The notes under the pieces were generated by a model that did not search any database, was not told the origin of the DNA, and worked only from the letters and a program-made list of their open reading frames with translations. From positions 32,001-96,000 of the forward strand of contig JBBRSP010000016.1 of assembly GCA_038245295.1 (NCBI GenBank): a stretch of 64,000 nucleotides of DNA. The letters run 5' to 3'. The DNA comes from Candidatus Binatia bacterium (GTDB taxonomy: Bacteria; Desulfobacterota; Binatia; HRBIN30). Both the position numbers and the translations under genes were made by a program. Shown here piece by piece: positions 49,906 through 59,357 of the stretch. Positions within the stretch are counted from its first letter, which is position 1. Every line of letters starts with the position of its first letter.

Positions 49906-50949
49906 ATGGGCTTGACCGACTATCTAAAGGGACAGTTCCTCGAGATCATCGAATGGCAGGACAACTCACGCGACACCCTTTCGTATCGCTACCCGGACGC
50001 AGATCGAGAGATCAAACGCGGCGCCCAGCTCATCGTGCGCGAATCGCAGGTCGCACAGTTCATCTACCTCGGTCAGTTCGGCGATACGTTCAAACCGGGG
50101 AAGTGGACGCTCACAACCGACAACATCCCCATCCTGTCGACACTCAAGGGTTGGAAGTACGGGTTTGAGTCACCATTCAAAGCCGACGTCTATTACATCA
50201 CGACGCGCCTCTTCACCGGCAACAAGTGGGGCACCACCAACCCGGTGATGACGCGCGATCCGGAGTTGGGCGTCGTGCGCGTGCGCGCCTATGGGACGTT
50301 CGATTTCCGTGTCATCGATGCGAAGCTCTTCCTGCGGGAGGTTGCCGGGACCGACGATGACTTCCGGCTTGATGAATTCACCGACACGATGCGTTCGCGG
50401 ATCGTCAGTGTCTTCAGCGACGCCCTCGCATCGGCGAAACTTCCGGTGTTCGACCTTGCCTCACGGTACCAGGCGCTTGGCGAAGCGCTGCTCCCCGTGA
50501 TCAACCCGATCGTCAGCCGCAAGTACGGCCTCGAGATCCCGAGCTTCATCGTCGAAAACATCTCGGTCCCACCCGAAGTCGCCGAGTCAATCGATAAGCG
50601 CTCGAGTATGGCGGCGGTGGGTGACCTCAACGAGTACGTAAAGTTCCAGATCGCGGAAAGCATGACGAAAGGTTCGGGCGGCAACCTGGCCAGCGCCGCG
50701 GCGCAGCTCGGCGGTGGTGTCGCGATGGGCCAACAATTGATGAGCGCCCTCAGCACTGGGCAGCCGGCCGGCGCGGCGGTCGGCGCCGGCGCCACACCGG
50801 AGCTGCTCAGTGTGGCAGAGGTGGCAAAGGCATTGGGCGTGCCCGAGGCCGATGCGCTGACGACCCTCGAGAAGGGTGAACTGAAGGGCAAGAAGATTGG
50901 CGAGACGTGGCGGGTACCCCGCGCCGCCCTCGACGAATTCTTGCGCTGA
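49906..50949 (+). CDS. SPFH (YdjI-like) domain protein with C-terminal HTH_17
   Basis: EIKRGAQLIVRESQ, FESPFKA, KWGT.NP, C-terminal LLSVAEVA..GELKGKKIG.TWR. Confidence 0.88.
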   Translation: MGLTDYLKGQFLEIIEWQDNSRDTLSYRYPDADREIKRGAQLIVRESQVAQFIYLGQFGDTFKPGKWTLTTDNIPILSTLKGWKYGFESPFKADVYYITTRLFTGNKWGTTNPVMTRDPELGVVRVRAYGTFDFRVIDAKLFLREVAGTDDDFRLDEFTDTMRSRIVSVFSDALASAKLPVFDLASRYQALGEALLPVINPIVSRKYGLEIPSFIVENISVPPEVAESIDKRSSMAAVGDLNEYVKFQIAESMTKGSGGNLASAAAQLGGGVAMGQQLMSALSTGQPAGAAVGAGATPELLSVAEVAKALGVPEADALTTLEKGELKGKKIGETWRVPRAALDEFLR

Positions 50950-51099
50950 GGCGCCCACCACCACCAGAGGTGGCGCCGCCGTGCGAATCGCGGCTCGCGA
51001 ATACCCAAGTTTCGGAAGGGTCTACGAGACAACTTGTCTCGGCCTTTCCGGCATACAAAGGTCATCGCTGTGGCGCGCTACTTGCGGTAGAAGGCGGGT

Positions 51100-51471
51100 A
51101 TGGCACTCCCAATCCAGATCACCTTTCGTAACATGCCGGCATCGCCGGCGATCGAAGCAGCGATCAACGAAAAAGCGGCACGGCTTGAGCGCTTCGCTTC
51201 GCACATCACCTCCTTCCGTGTCGTCGTCGAAGAGCCGCATCGACACCACCATCAAGGTCGCCTCTACAATGCGCGCATCGATGTGGGCGTGGCGGGCGGT
51301 GAGCTTGTGGTGAACCGCGCTCCGGCCGAGCATCACGAGTTCGAAGACGTCTATGTCGCGATCCGGGATGCGTTCGACGCCATTACGCGCCAGCTCGAGG
51401 ATTTCGTCCGCCGGCAACGCGGCGAGACCAAACACCACGAGCCGCGGGCCGAGCGTTCGATTCCAGAATAG
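51100..51471 (+). CDS. hpf: HPF/RaiA ribosome-associated protein
   Basis: PIQITFRNM..SPAIE, EDVYVAIRDAFDA..RQL. Confidence 0.88.
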   Translation: MALPIQITFRNMPASPAIEAAINEKAARLERFASHITSFRVVVEEPHRHHHQGRLYNARIDVGVAGGELVVNRAPAEHHEFEDVYVAIRDAFDAITRQLEDFVRRQRGETKHHEPRAERSIPE

Positions 51472-51807
51472 ACCGCCGCCCTCTCATTTGCCTAAAATCC
51501 CGGCACCGAATCCGCGCCTCAGACGCAATAGGAAGCCCTAGGAGACGCGATCACGGGCCGGGATGGCTTACCCTACGTACACAAACTCAACGTTTTTTGG
51601 CTTTCGCCCGTCTTCCGACCGTTCCGCCCCTTGAATTGATTGAGGAATTGTCGCGGCCCGTGGGCCTCGACTCGTCGAATTGTCGGTGATCCCGGCCCGA
51701 TTCGACGCGAACGCTACTTTCCCCAACAATTTCGCCCCCCTCGATTCTCGTTCTGAGTTCTCGACCCTGATTGGACGCCCGACCCCCAACCCCCTACCGC
51801 CTTCCAT

Positions 51808-51957
51808 CTCTAATCGGAGCGCGCCACTCCGTGGCGCCCGGGGTGGAACCTTACCCGCTACGGGTTTGGATTCCAGCGATGGGCGCCACGGAGTGTCGCG
51901 CTCCGCGACGGGATCCACCACCCGCCAGCCGCCAACAGGCCAAACCGAGACACTACC
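51808..51957. mobile_element. Partial, longer copy of the 33.2-kb MITE (right TIR only) with an internal hairpin
   Basis: Shares tctaatcggagcg and gggatccaccacccgccagccgccaacagg-caaac-gagacac-acc with the 33.2-kb element; extra ggagcgcgccactccgtggcgccc...gggcgccacggagtgtcgcgctcc. Confidence 0.75.
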
Positions 51958-52100
51958 CGCAGAACCACACATTCGATCGGCACACCAGAATGGTGTAACG
52001 ACCTGTCGAATCAATACACTTTCATTCGTCATAGGGCAGAGCAGAGATACCGCGTCGGCTCCGGCCGCCGGATCCTGCACCCAGAAAGGAATGTGTCCCG

Positions 52101-52190
52101 ATGCAACTGAATCCGCATCTGACGTTTGACGGCCAATGCGAGGCAGCGTTCAAGCTCGACGAACGCATCCTTGGCGGCAACGCCGCCTAG
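52101..52190 (+). pseudogene. N-terminal remnant of a PhnB/VOC-family gene
   Basis: MQLNPHLTFDGQCEAAFKLDERILGGNAA* matches the PhnB-type N-terminus; AAAGGA RBS; stops after 29 aa. Confidence 0.7.
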
Positions 52191-52218
52191 TCACATCAAA
52201 CCAATCTCGGAGCCATCC

Positions 52219-52746
52219 ATGATCAAGATCATCGCCATCGTCATCGTCGTCTTCATCGCCGGTATTCTCGGGTATGCCGCCACCAGGCCCGACACGTTGC
52301 GCGTGCAACGCGCGACCACCATCCACGCCGCTCCGGACAAGATCTTCGCGTTCATCAACGACTTCCGCAGCTGGCCGTCGTGGTCCCCCTACGAGAAGAA
52401 GGACCCGCTGATGAAACGAACCCTCAGCGGCGCCGCCAGCGGCAAGGGCGCCATCTATGAGTGGGACGGCGACAAGAACATCGGCAAGGGGCGGATGGAA
52501 ATCCTCGACACGACCCCAGGCTCGAAGATCGTCATCAAGCTCGATTTCTTCAGCCCGTTCGAAGGCCACAATACCGCCGAGTTCGCGCTCAGCCCGAAAG
52601 GCAACGCGACCGATCTGACGTGGCTCATGTACGGACCCAACACGTTCATGGGCAAGGTGATGGGCACCTTCATCAATATGGACAAGATGATTGGTGATGA
52701 CTTCGAGGTTGGCCTGGCGAATCTGAAGGTGATGGCCGAGCAGTGA
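52219..52746 (+). CDS. SRPBCC (polyketide cyclase/START-like) protein
   Basis: N-terminal TM, RATTIHAAPDKIF, WSPYEKKDP, IGDDFEVGLANLK. Confidence 0.9.
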   Translation: MIKIIAIVIVVFIAGILGYAATRPDTLRVQRATTIHAAPDKIFAFINDFRSWPSWSPYEKKDPLMKRTLSGAASGKGAIYEWDGDKNIGKGRMEILDTTPGSKIVIKLDFFSPFEGHNTAEFALSPKGNATDLTWLMYGPNTFMGKVMGTFINMDKMIGDDFEVGLANLKVMAEQ

Positions 52747-52780
52747 CTCGGCTTGCCCGATCAGGATTCCCGCTTGGGGA

Positions 52781-52886
52781 CCCTCACCCCTACCCTCTCC
52801 CACCAGCGACGATTCCGGTCGAGGTGGGAGAGGGGGTAACTCTCCCTCTCCCGCCATATCGGGATCATGGATTGCGGGAGAGGGTG
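52781..52886. repeat. CCCTCACCC(T/C)ACCCTCTCCC...GGGAGAGGG REP hairpins
   Basis: ccctcacccctaccctctcccacc...ggtgggagaggggg and ccctctcccgc...gcgggagaggg between convergent genes; same family at 62.3 kb. Confidence 0.75.
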
Positions 52887-52954
52887 ACCGGTCGATCGAG
52901 AACCAACCCTATCGAAGGCGCGGTGAGGATCTGGCATTGAACCCGAGGCAAACC

Positions 52955-54199
52955 CTACAACGCGGCGCGGCGTCGCTGCAGGAAGCGACGCACCGCCGGA
53001 TCGGTATTCAAGCCGATGGCGCGCTCGTAGGCGGCGTCGGCAGCGGCGACATCACCGGTCCGCGCCAGCAAGCCGGCGCGCGCCGCCCAATAGGGTTGAT
53101 AGTTGCGCAAGCGCGCATCCTCGGCGAGTGCGTCGAGCGCTGCCAGGCCGTCCGCAGCGCCGCGGTTCTCGGCTACGGCAATGGCACGATTGATGGCGAC
53201 CACGGGCGAGCCGGTGATGTTCAGGAGGACGTCGTAGATTCCTTCGATCGCTGCCCAGTCAGCACGCCCGGTGACACGACGGACGACGTGCGCCGACTGT
53301 ACCGCTGCTTCGAGCTGGTAACGTCCGCTGGTCGGCAAACGGCTAGCCCGTCGCAACAGTTCCTCGGCCTCTTCGATGAGCGCCGCATCCCACTGAGCCG
53401 CTTGCTGTTCGTCGAGCGGCACATATTCCCCGTCGCCATCACGCCGCGCCGCGTAGCGCGCCTGCGCGAAGAGCATGAGGGCCAACAGCCCCAACGCTTC
53501 CGGTTCCTCCGGCAGAAGTGTCGCCACCAGACGTGCCAACCAGATGCCTTCGGTGGCAAGGTTGCGCGGCTGCGATTCGCTGCCGGCGTGATCCGACCAG
53601 CCCTCGGCGAAGGCAGCGTAGAGAGCTTCGAGCACACCATCCAACCGCGACACGAGCTCGTCGCGCTCCGGAATGTGGAACGGAATGCCGGCTTGGCGGA
53701 TCTTGTTCTTGGCCCGCACCAGGCGCTGCGCCATCGTCGCCGGCGCCACGAGAAATGCCGAGCCGATGGCGGCGGCATCGAAACCCAGAATCGTCTGCAG
53801 GATGAGCGGGGCGTGAATACCGGCATCAAGCGCCGGGTGGGCGCAAGCAAACATGAGCGACAGGCGTTCGTCCGGCACCTTGGCCGCTTCGGCTGCCGCC
53901 GCCTCGAGCTCTTCCATCACCAGGCCGAGGTGGCTCACCGCCTCCTTGCGCGTCTTCTGCCGTCGCGACGCATCAATCATCCGGCGCCGTGCCACCGTCA
54001 GCAACCACGCCTCGGGCGCATCGGGCACGCCGTTCGTCGGCCAATCAACGAGCGCTGTAGCGAACGCGTCGGCCAGGGCATCCTCGGCTCCGGCAACATC
54101 ACTCGTGCGCGCCGCCAGGAAGGCGACGAGTTTGCCGTAGCTGCGCCGAGCTACGGCTTCGGCGGCGTCGCGGGCAATCTCGTCGTCTGTCGGCGGCAT
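52955..54199 (-). CDS. ECF sigma factor with long C-terminal extension (ECF42/DUF6596 type)
   Basis: AEDALADAF, PEAWL, DERLSLMFACAHPAL, QRLVRAK.KI, GRYQLEAA, SPVVAINRA. Confidence 0.9.
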   Translation of the reverse strand: MPPTDDEIARDAAEAVARRSYGKLVAFLAARTSDVAGAEDALADAFATALVDWPTNGVPDAPEAWLLTVARRRMIDASRRQKTRKEAVSHLGLVMEELEAAAAEAAKVPDERLSLMFACAHPALDAGIHAPLILQTILGFDAAAIGSAFLVAPATMAQRLVRAKNKIRQAGIPFHIPERDELVSRLDGVLEALYAAFAEGWSDHAGSESQPRNLATEGIWLARLVATLLPEEPEALGLLALMLFAQARYAARRDGDGEYVPLDEQQAAQWDAALIEEAEELLRRASRLPTSGRYQLEAAVQSAHVVRRVTGRADWAAIEGIYDVLLNITGSPVVAINRAIAVAENRGAADGLAALDALAEDARLRNYQPYWAARAGLLARTGDVAAADAAYERAIGLNTDPAVRRFLQRRRAAL

Positions 54200-54208
54200 C
54201 GTGGAGTC

Positions 54209-54544
54209 CTACAGAGGCCAGACCGGCCGCACCTCGACCCGACCGCGCGTCGCGCTGGGGCAGCGCGCCGCCCAGGCAAGCGCCGTGTCGAGATCGGCAA
54301 CATCGATCACGTGATACCCGCCGAGTTGCTCCTTCGCTTCGGCATACGGTCCGTCGACGACGTGCGTCTTGCCGCCGCTGACATGCACCGTGGTCGCCGT
54401 CGTCACGCCCCGCAGGCGTTCGCCGCCGATATAGATGCCCGCCTTCTTCATCGCCTCGGCATAGGCGGCACACGTCGGCATGCGATCGTCCATGTTTGCC
54501 ACCCGATCGGTGTCGTCCTCGTAGATCAACAACATGTACTTCAT
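54209..54544 (-). CDS. YciI/DGPF family protein
   Basis: MKYMLLIY, ATTV, DGPYAEAKEQLGGY, VEVRP. Confidence 0.92.
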   Translation of the reverse strand: MKYMLLIYEDDTDRVANMDDRMPTCAAYAEAMKKAGIYIGGERLRGVTTATTVHVSGGKTHVVDGPYAEAKEQLGGYHVIDVADLDTALAWAARCPSATRGRVEVRPVWPL

Positions 54545-54644
54545 ACCGGTCTCCTTTATTCGTCCCTCGCGACAACGCAAAGTACGTTTTTGAAATCATC
54601 TCGCCCCTCAGACGTTCGGCACAAGCTGGAATCGACAGACCCGC

Positions 54645-54727
54645 CGCCGCAGGCTGAAGCCTGCGCCTACCTCACCGACTCCGCAGATGAGAGGCAAACA
54701 GGTAGGCGCAAGCTTCAGCTTGCGGCG
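54645..54727. repeat. Inverted pair of GTAG-type REPs (GTAGGCGCAGGCTTCAGCCTGCG); further copies at 56221, 56971 and 63947
   Basis: gccgcaggctgaagcctgcgcctacc ... ggtaggcgcaagcttcagcttgcggc. Confidence 0.8.
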
Positions 54728-54788
54728 CAAGGCGTCCAGCCGCCAAACGCCAGGGCACCAGAATTCACAACCATAGGAGAAATTGAAG

Positions 54789-55928
54789 ATGGCCCAGACG
54801 CAACCGACAGTCGTGTTGATCGCCACCCGCAAAGGCGCCTTCTTCCTGCACGAGAAGGAGCAGCGGACGAGCTGGCAGTTGTCCGAGCCGCTGTTTCTCG
54901 GCCATATGGTGCACCACATGGTCCAGGACCCGCGCGATCCATCGCGGTTGCTGCTCGCCGCGCGCACCGGCCATCTTGGCCCGACCGTGTTTCGCTCCAA
55001 AGATTTCGGCCGACAATGGTTCGAGGCGCGCAAGCCGCCGGCGTTTCCCAAAGCGGCGGACGGTGAGAGCGGTCGCGTCGTCGACCACGTCTTCTGGCTG
55101 ACGCCCGGTCACGCCGACGAGCCCGGGGTGTGGTACGCCGGCACGTCGCCGCAGGGCTTGTTCCGCAGCGAAGATCACGGCGAAAGCTGGGAGTCGGTGG
55201 CCGGGTTCGACACCCATCCACTCAAGGCCGCGTGGGTTGGCAACACGCAGGACGGCACACCCGACGGGCCGAAGCTGCACTCTGTCCTCGTCGATCCACG
55301 CGATGCGCGACATCTCTACCTCGGCATGTCGAGCGGCGGCGTGCACGAGTCGCTCGATCGCGGCGCTACCTGGCGGCCGCTGATCGGCGGCCTGCAGGTG
55401 GTTGAGCCAATGGACGCAACCAACATCGCCTTCCACGACCCACACTGCGTGCGGCTGTGCCCGACACATCCCGATCGCCTCTACCAACAGAATCACTGCG
55501 GCATCTACCGCCTCGATCGCCCAGGCGAGACGTGGGTGCGCATCGGCAACAACATGCCGCGCGAAGAAGGTGACGCCGGGTTTCCAATGGTCGTGCATCC
55601 ACGGGATGCGGATACGTGTTTCGTCTTTCCGATGGACGGCACCGATGTTTGGCCACGCACCAGCCCCGGCGGAAAGCCGGCGGTGTATCGCACGCGTGAC
55701 GCGGGCGCGTCGTGGACACGTCTCGATCGAGGTCTGCCGCAGGCACAAGCCTGGATGACAGTGAAGCGGCAAGCGATGGCCGCCGACAGCCGCGATCCGC
55801 TCGGCCTGTATTTCGGCACCACGAATGGCGAGCTGTGGAATAGCCGCGACGAGGGCGACACTTGGCAGTGCGCCTGGCGCAACCTGCAGCACGTCTATGC
55901 GGTCGAGACGGCGGTGACACCGAGTTAG
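54789..55928 (+). CDS. BNR/Asp-box beta-propeller (sialidase-like) protein
   Basis: SKDFGRQW, SEDHGESW, SLDRGATW, TRDAGASW, SRDEGDTW Asp boxes; YQQNHCGIYR. Confidence 0.88.
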   Translation: MAQTQPTVVLIATRKGAFFLHEKEQRTSWQLSEPLFLGHMVHHMVQDPRDPSRLLLAARTGHLGPTVFRSKDFGRQWFEARKPPAFPKAADGESGRVVDHVFWLTPGHADEPGVWYAGTSPQGLFRSEDHGESWESVAGFDTHPLKAAWVGNTQDGTPDGPKLHSVLVDPRDARHLYLGMSSGGVHESLDRGATWRPLIGGLQVVEPMDATNIAFHDPHCVRLCPTHPDRLYQQNHCGIYRLDRPGETWVRIGNNMPREEGDAGFPMVVHPRDADTCFVFPMDGTDVWPRTSPGGKPAVYRTRDAGASWTRLDRGLPQAQAWMTVKRQAMAADSRDPLGLYFGTTNGELWNSRDEGDTWQCAWRNLQHVYAVETAVTPS

Positions 55929-55933
55929 CGCCG

Positions 55934-56206
55934 ATGCGCGTGCACATCCCCACGGCGCTGCGCTCCTACACCGGGCGTCAGTCGGAGGTTGAAGCGAACG
56001 GCACAACCCTCGGTGCCGTGCTCGACGATCTCGATCGCCAGTTCCCCGGCCTGCGTTTCCGCATCATCGATGAGCAAGACAACGTGCGCACCCACATCAA
56101 ACTTTTCGTGAACGGCGAACAGGTGCGCGACCTCGGCATCGGCATCGCCGCCGGCGAGGTTGCCATCGTCATGGCTCTGAGTGGTGGTGTCGCGACGTCG
56201 CGGTGA
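55934..56206 (+). CDS. MoaD/ThiS ubiquitin-like protein with a short extension after GG
   Basis: MRVHIPTALRSYT, FPGLRFRI, FVNGE, ALSGG-VATSR. Confidence 0.85.
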   Translation: MRVHIPTALRSYTGRQSEVEANGTTLGAVLDDLDRQFPGLRFRIIDEQDNVRTHIKLFVNGEQVRDLGIGIAAGEVAIVMALSGGVATSR

Positions 56207-56281
56207 GGGCGGAAGGTCGTCCGCAGGCTAAAGCCTGCGGACAGCTGAGCGCAGTCTGCAAAGCCGGGAAAGGGCAGCCCC

Positions 56282-56551
56282 CTATCCCCGACGCGCCGCC
56301 ACCACCCACAACGGATCCGCGTCAGCCGGCGAACGATCAACGAACTCCGCGGCGCCAAACCCCGCCGCTTCAAAATAGACCTGCAGCAGACGAACACGCT
56401 CCTCCGGTGTCGTGCTGTGCCACGCGAGGATTGCCTTGGTGGGGAAGCAGCGATGCGAGGTTGCAATCAGCGCCAGGCCGCCCGGCTTCAGGATCCGATG
56501 CACCGACGCATACACCTCAATCGGGCGCGTCAGATACTGCACCGACACTGC
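56282..56551 (-). pseudogene. C-terminal fragment of a class I SAM methyltransferase
   Basis: AVSVQYLTRP.EV...RILKPGG...SHRCFPTKA..W...DPLWVVAARR; no start codon or SAM-binding N-half. Confidence 0.72.
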
Positions 56552-56892
56552 CCTTGAGCATCGTCGGCCCCAGCCGCTTTCAAACGGTCGAGTACTGCCA
56601 GGTGGTAGTCTTGCGGATTGAGCCCGTCGTCCTCGCTGTGGCGAATGGCCTCCAACAACGCCTCGACCATCGCGGCGTTGCCCCACAGCGATTGGAACGC
56701 GCGCTGGTCGTACATCTCGGGCAACAACATTGGCGAGGCAATGGTGTCGCCGGACAACTGCGCCGGGGGGTTGGCGCGAATCGACTCGATGCTCTGCTCG
56801 ATCAAGGGTTCGGTCCCGGTCGCTGCCGCGGCCGGAGCCACGGCAAACCAGAGGAACGCCACCACACCCAGAATCATTCTCTCACGCCTCAC
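56530..56892 (-). pseudogene. N-terminal fragment of a YcbB-like L,D-transpeptidase (signal peptide plus scaffold domain)
   Basis: Signal peptide, MYDQRAFQSLW, DGLNPQDYH motif; truncated at 120 aa. Confidence 0.65.
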
Positions 56893-57042
56893 GTCGTTCT
56901 CCTCCCCGCTCCGCTGACCTAGCGGCGGTTCGACCTGTTAGCCGTAGCGCTAGGAGAACCGCCCTACGGCGTAGGCGCAGCAGCCAGGCTTCAGCCTGCG
57001 GCGCGCTCCGATGAGAACCGATGTGCAAATCCGCGCCGACAT

Positions 57043-58233
57043 TCACCGACGAACCGAAGCACTTGAACCGCTTCCACCTGTCGCCCTTCCCCAGTCGGAT
57101 TCGACGCAATAACGCATGATGTTGCGGAAGTAGTCTTCGACCGGCGGTGGGGAGATTCCAGCCGCTTGCAGATGCGCCTGCGCCGCGCGCGTATCGAACG
57201 AGGCGCGATAGGCGAAGTAGGGGAAGTAGACCTCGCCGGTGCGCAGCAACTCGCGGCGTTTGCCCCAGAACACGGTGTAGAGAAGGGGACGGACGAGGTT
57301 GTAGGAGAGCGAAGTCGGAATCATGACCGGCCGGCGGACGCGGAAGAACTCACACGCCATCTCGAGGAGCTCTCCACACGAGCTCTGGCGCGACGGCCCG
57401 GCGGTCAGATGGAAACAGCCGCCGACGGACTCTGGTCGGGCCCGCAGCGCCTGGAAGGCGGCGACGACGTAGTCGATCGGTACGACGTCGACCAGCCCAT
57501 CACGATCGGCTGGGACAACGATGACATAGCCGCTCGCCAACACCTTGAGCGGCCAATACAACACACGGAAGTTCGAGGTGTAACCACTGCGCGAATCACC
57601 GACGATGATGCTCGGCCGCAGGATGGCGATCGGCAGCTCGGTCTGATGTTGGCGCACCAGCTGTTCAGCCTCCCACTTGGTACGGTCGTAAGTGTTGTGA
57701 AAGCCGACGGGGCGCAGCTCATCTTCTCCGAAGCGGCCGCTCGCGTCGCCAGCTACGTAGGCCGTACTGAAATAGTCGATGCGGCGCAGACGTCCGCGTC
57801 GCTGGATAGCCGCGCCGAGATCGAGGATCTTCTGTGTCCCGCGCACGTTGACGTTACGCGCCTCGTCGAGCGGCAGGTTGAAGCGCACCGTGGCGGCGCA
57901 GTGGACGATGTCACTAATCTCTGCCGTCAATCCGTCGTACTGATCGGACGACAACCCGAGCTTGTCGTCGGCAAGATCGCCGACGATCAACGTGCAGCGG
58001 CGCTTGGCCTCGTCGCTGAGTGCCGCCTCGGGGGCATCGAGCAAACGCCGCAATCGCTCCACCGCGACACCTTCACGCCGATCATCACGCAGCAGACATA
58101 AGACACGCTGCCCCGGCTGGCTCAGCAGCTCCCACAGGACGTGACGGCCCAGGAAACCACTCGCGCCCGTGAGCAGAGTTGTCCCGTCCGTCGTCGCACC
58201 AGCACCGTTCGTCGAAATCATCTGCTTCCCCAT
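57043..58233 (-). CDS. Fatty acyl-CoA reductase-like extended SDR (NAD_binding_4)
   Basis: TGASGFLG, GDL....LGLS, HCAATVRF, NVRGT, STAYVAG, YDRTK, RPSIIVG, VDVVPIDYV. Confidence 0.9.
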   Translation of the reverse strand: MGKQMISTNGAGATTDGTTLLTGASGFLGRHVLWELLSQPGQRVLCLLRDDRREGVAVERLRRLLDAPEAALSDEAKRRCTLIVGDLADDKLGLSSDQYDGLTAEISDIVHCAATVRFNLPLDEARNVNVRGTQKILDLGAAIQRRGRLRRIDYFSTAYVAGDASGRFGEDELRPVGFHNTYDRTKWEAEQLVRQHQTELPIAILRPSIIVGDSRSGYTSNFRVLYWPLKVLASGYVIVVPADRDGLVDVVPIDYVVAAFQALRARPESVGGCFHLTAGPSRQSSCGELLEMACEFFRVRRPVMIPTSLSYNLVRPLLYTVFWGKRRELLRTGEVYFPYFAYRASFDTRAAQAHLQAAGISPPPVEDYFRNIMRYCVESDWGRATGGSGSSASVRR

Positions 58234-58363
58234 TGCCAGGGTCGGGCGATGTTCGGCAAGGGCTCGTGGTGTTTACATTCACAGGGCGCCGCCCCGCCGC
58301 GGAGGCACCATCCCTCGGATCGAGGTTTGACACGCGTTCCGATGGTCCACTAAAGGCGGGGGC

Positions 58364-59266
58364 ATGAAATCAAATCTCTGGTGGATCGTCGGAATTGCTC
58401 TCGGCGGTCTGCTTGGCTGCGGCGAGGATGCGGCGGGGCCGGACGCCGCCGTGCCCGCCAATGTCACGGTACGTCAACGCATCGCGCAGTTGGCGCCGGC
58501 CGTCACCTTTGCCCACCGCGGCCAGGGGCCGACGCGTAGCGGCAACCCGGTACCGGAGAATTCACTGGCGGCGTTTCGTGTCGCCATCGCCCAGGGGACC
58601 GACGGGCTCGAGATGGACAGTGAGCTGACCGCCGACGGCCATCTCATCCTGATGCACGACGACATCGTCGACCGCACCACCGAATGCCACGGCTGCGTCA
58701 GCATGCTGAGCTTCGACACCATCCGTCATTGCCGACTGCTCGACGGCGACGGCAACCCGACGCAAGAGGTGCCGCCGACTCTCGATGAAGTGTTCGCGCT
58801 GCAGCCGACGAATGTTCTGGTCAACGTCGAGCTCAAGATCTTCAGCGGCAACTGCCTGACGCCCGGCCACGGCCCCGTTGATATCGCCACGGAAATGGTC
58901 GCCACGCTGCGCCGGTTGGGCGTTGAACGACGCACCGTTGTGCAGTCGTTCGATCCCGATGCGTTGGCAAGCCTCAAGATGCAGGCGCCCGACCTCTACA
59001 GCGCCTTCCTCGTATCCGGCCTGCGGCCGCGCGATGTTACCACCGCGCTGGCGTTGCACGCCGACGCCATCCAACCGGGAGGACCGTTTCCATTTCTATC
59101 CCTGAGCGCCACCGACATCCGCGCCGCTCTCGATGGCGGCCTCCAGGTGATTCCCTGGACCGTCGATGATGCCGCCTCCATCAACACCCTGCTCGATAAA
59201 GGCATCAACGGATTGATCACCGACGATCCGGTGCTGGCCAAACAAGTGATCCAGGCCCGACGGTGA
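58364..59266 (+). CDS. Glycerophosphodiester phosphodiesterase, probable lipoprotein
   Basis: Lipobox LLGC; AHRG, PENSLAAF, EMD..LTADG.L..MHD, WTVD, GLITDDP. Confidence 0.92.
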   Translation: MKSNLWWIVGIALGGLLGCGEDAAGPDAAVPANVTVRQRIAQLAPAVTFAHRGQGPTRSGNPVPENSLAAFRVAIAQGTDGLEMDSELTADGHLILMHDDIVDRTTECHGCVSMLSFDTIRHCRLLDGDGNPTQEVPPTLDEVFALQPTNVLVNVELKIFSGNCLTPGHGPVDIATEMVATLRRLGVERRTVVQSFDPDALASLKMQAPDLYSAFLVSGLRPRDVTTALALHADAIQPGGPFPFLSLSATDIRAALDGGLQVIPWTVDDAASINTLLDKGINGLITDDPVLAKQVIQARR

Positions 59267-59357
59267 TGCCCCTCCGTTCAGCCGTTGCACCAAGTAGGGG
59301 GGCGCTCTGAGCACGGACTGAGGCACGCCCAGAGATCGCACCCCCACCTTGGCGTTC

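Noticed and set aside
51480..51800. Possible ncRNA, tRNA or small gene in the long intergenic region
   Set aside because: No recognisable cloverleaf, riboswitch or credible ORF by eye; an Infernal/Rfam scan would be needed
52937..55066. 709-aa plus-strand ORF and similar long ORFs (12652-14184, 15879-17168, 42769-44064)
   Set aside because: Antisense shadows of well-supported genes in GC-rich DNA, with no motifs
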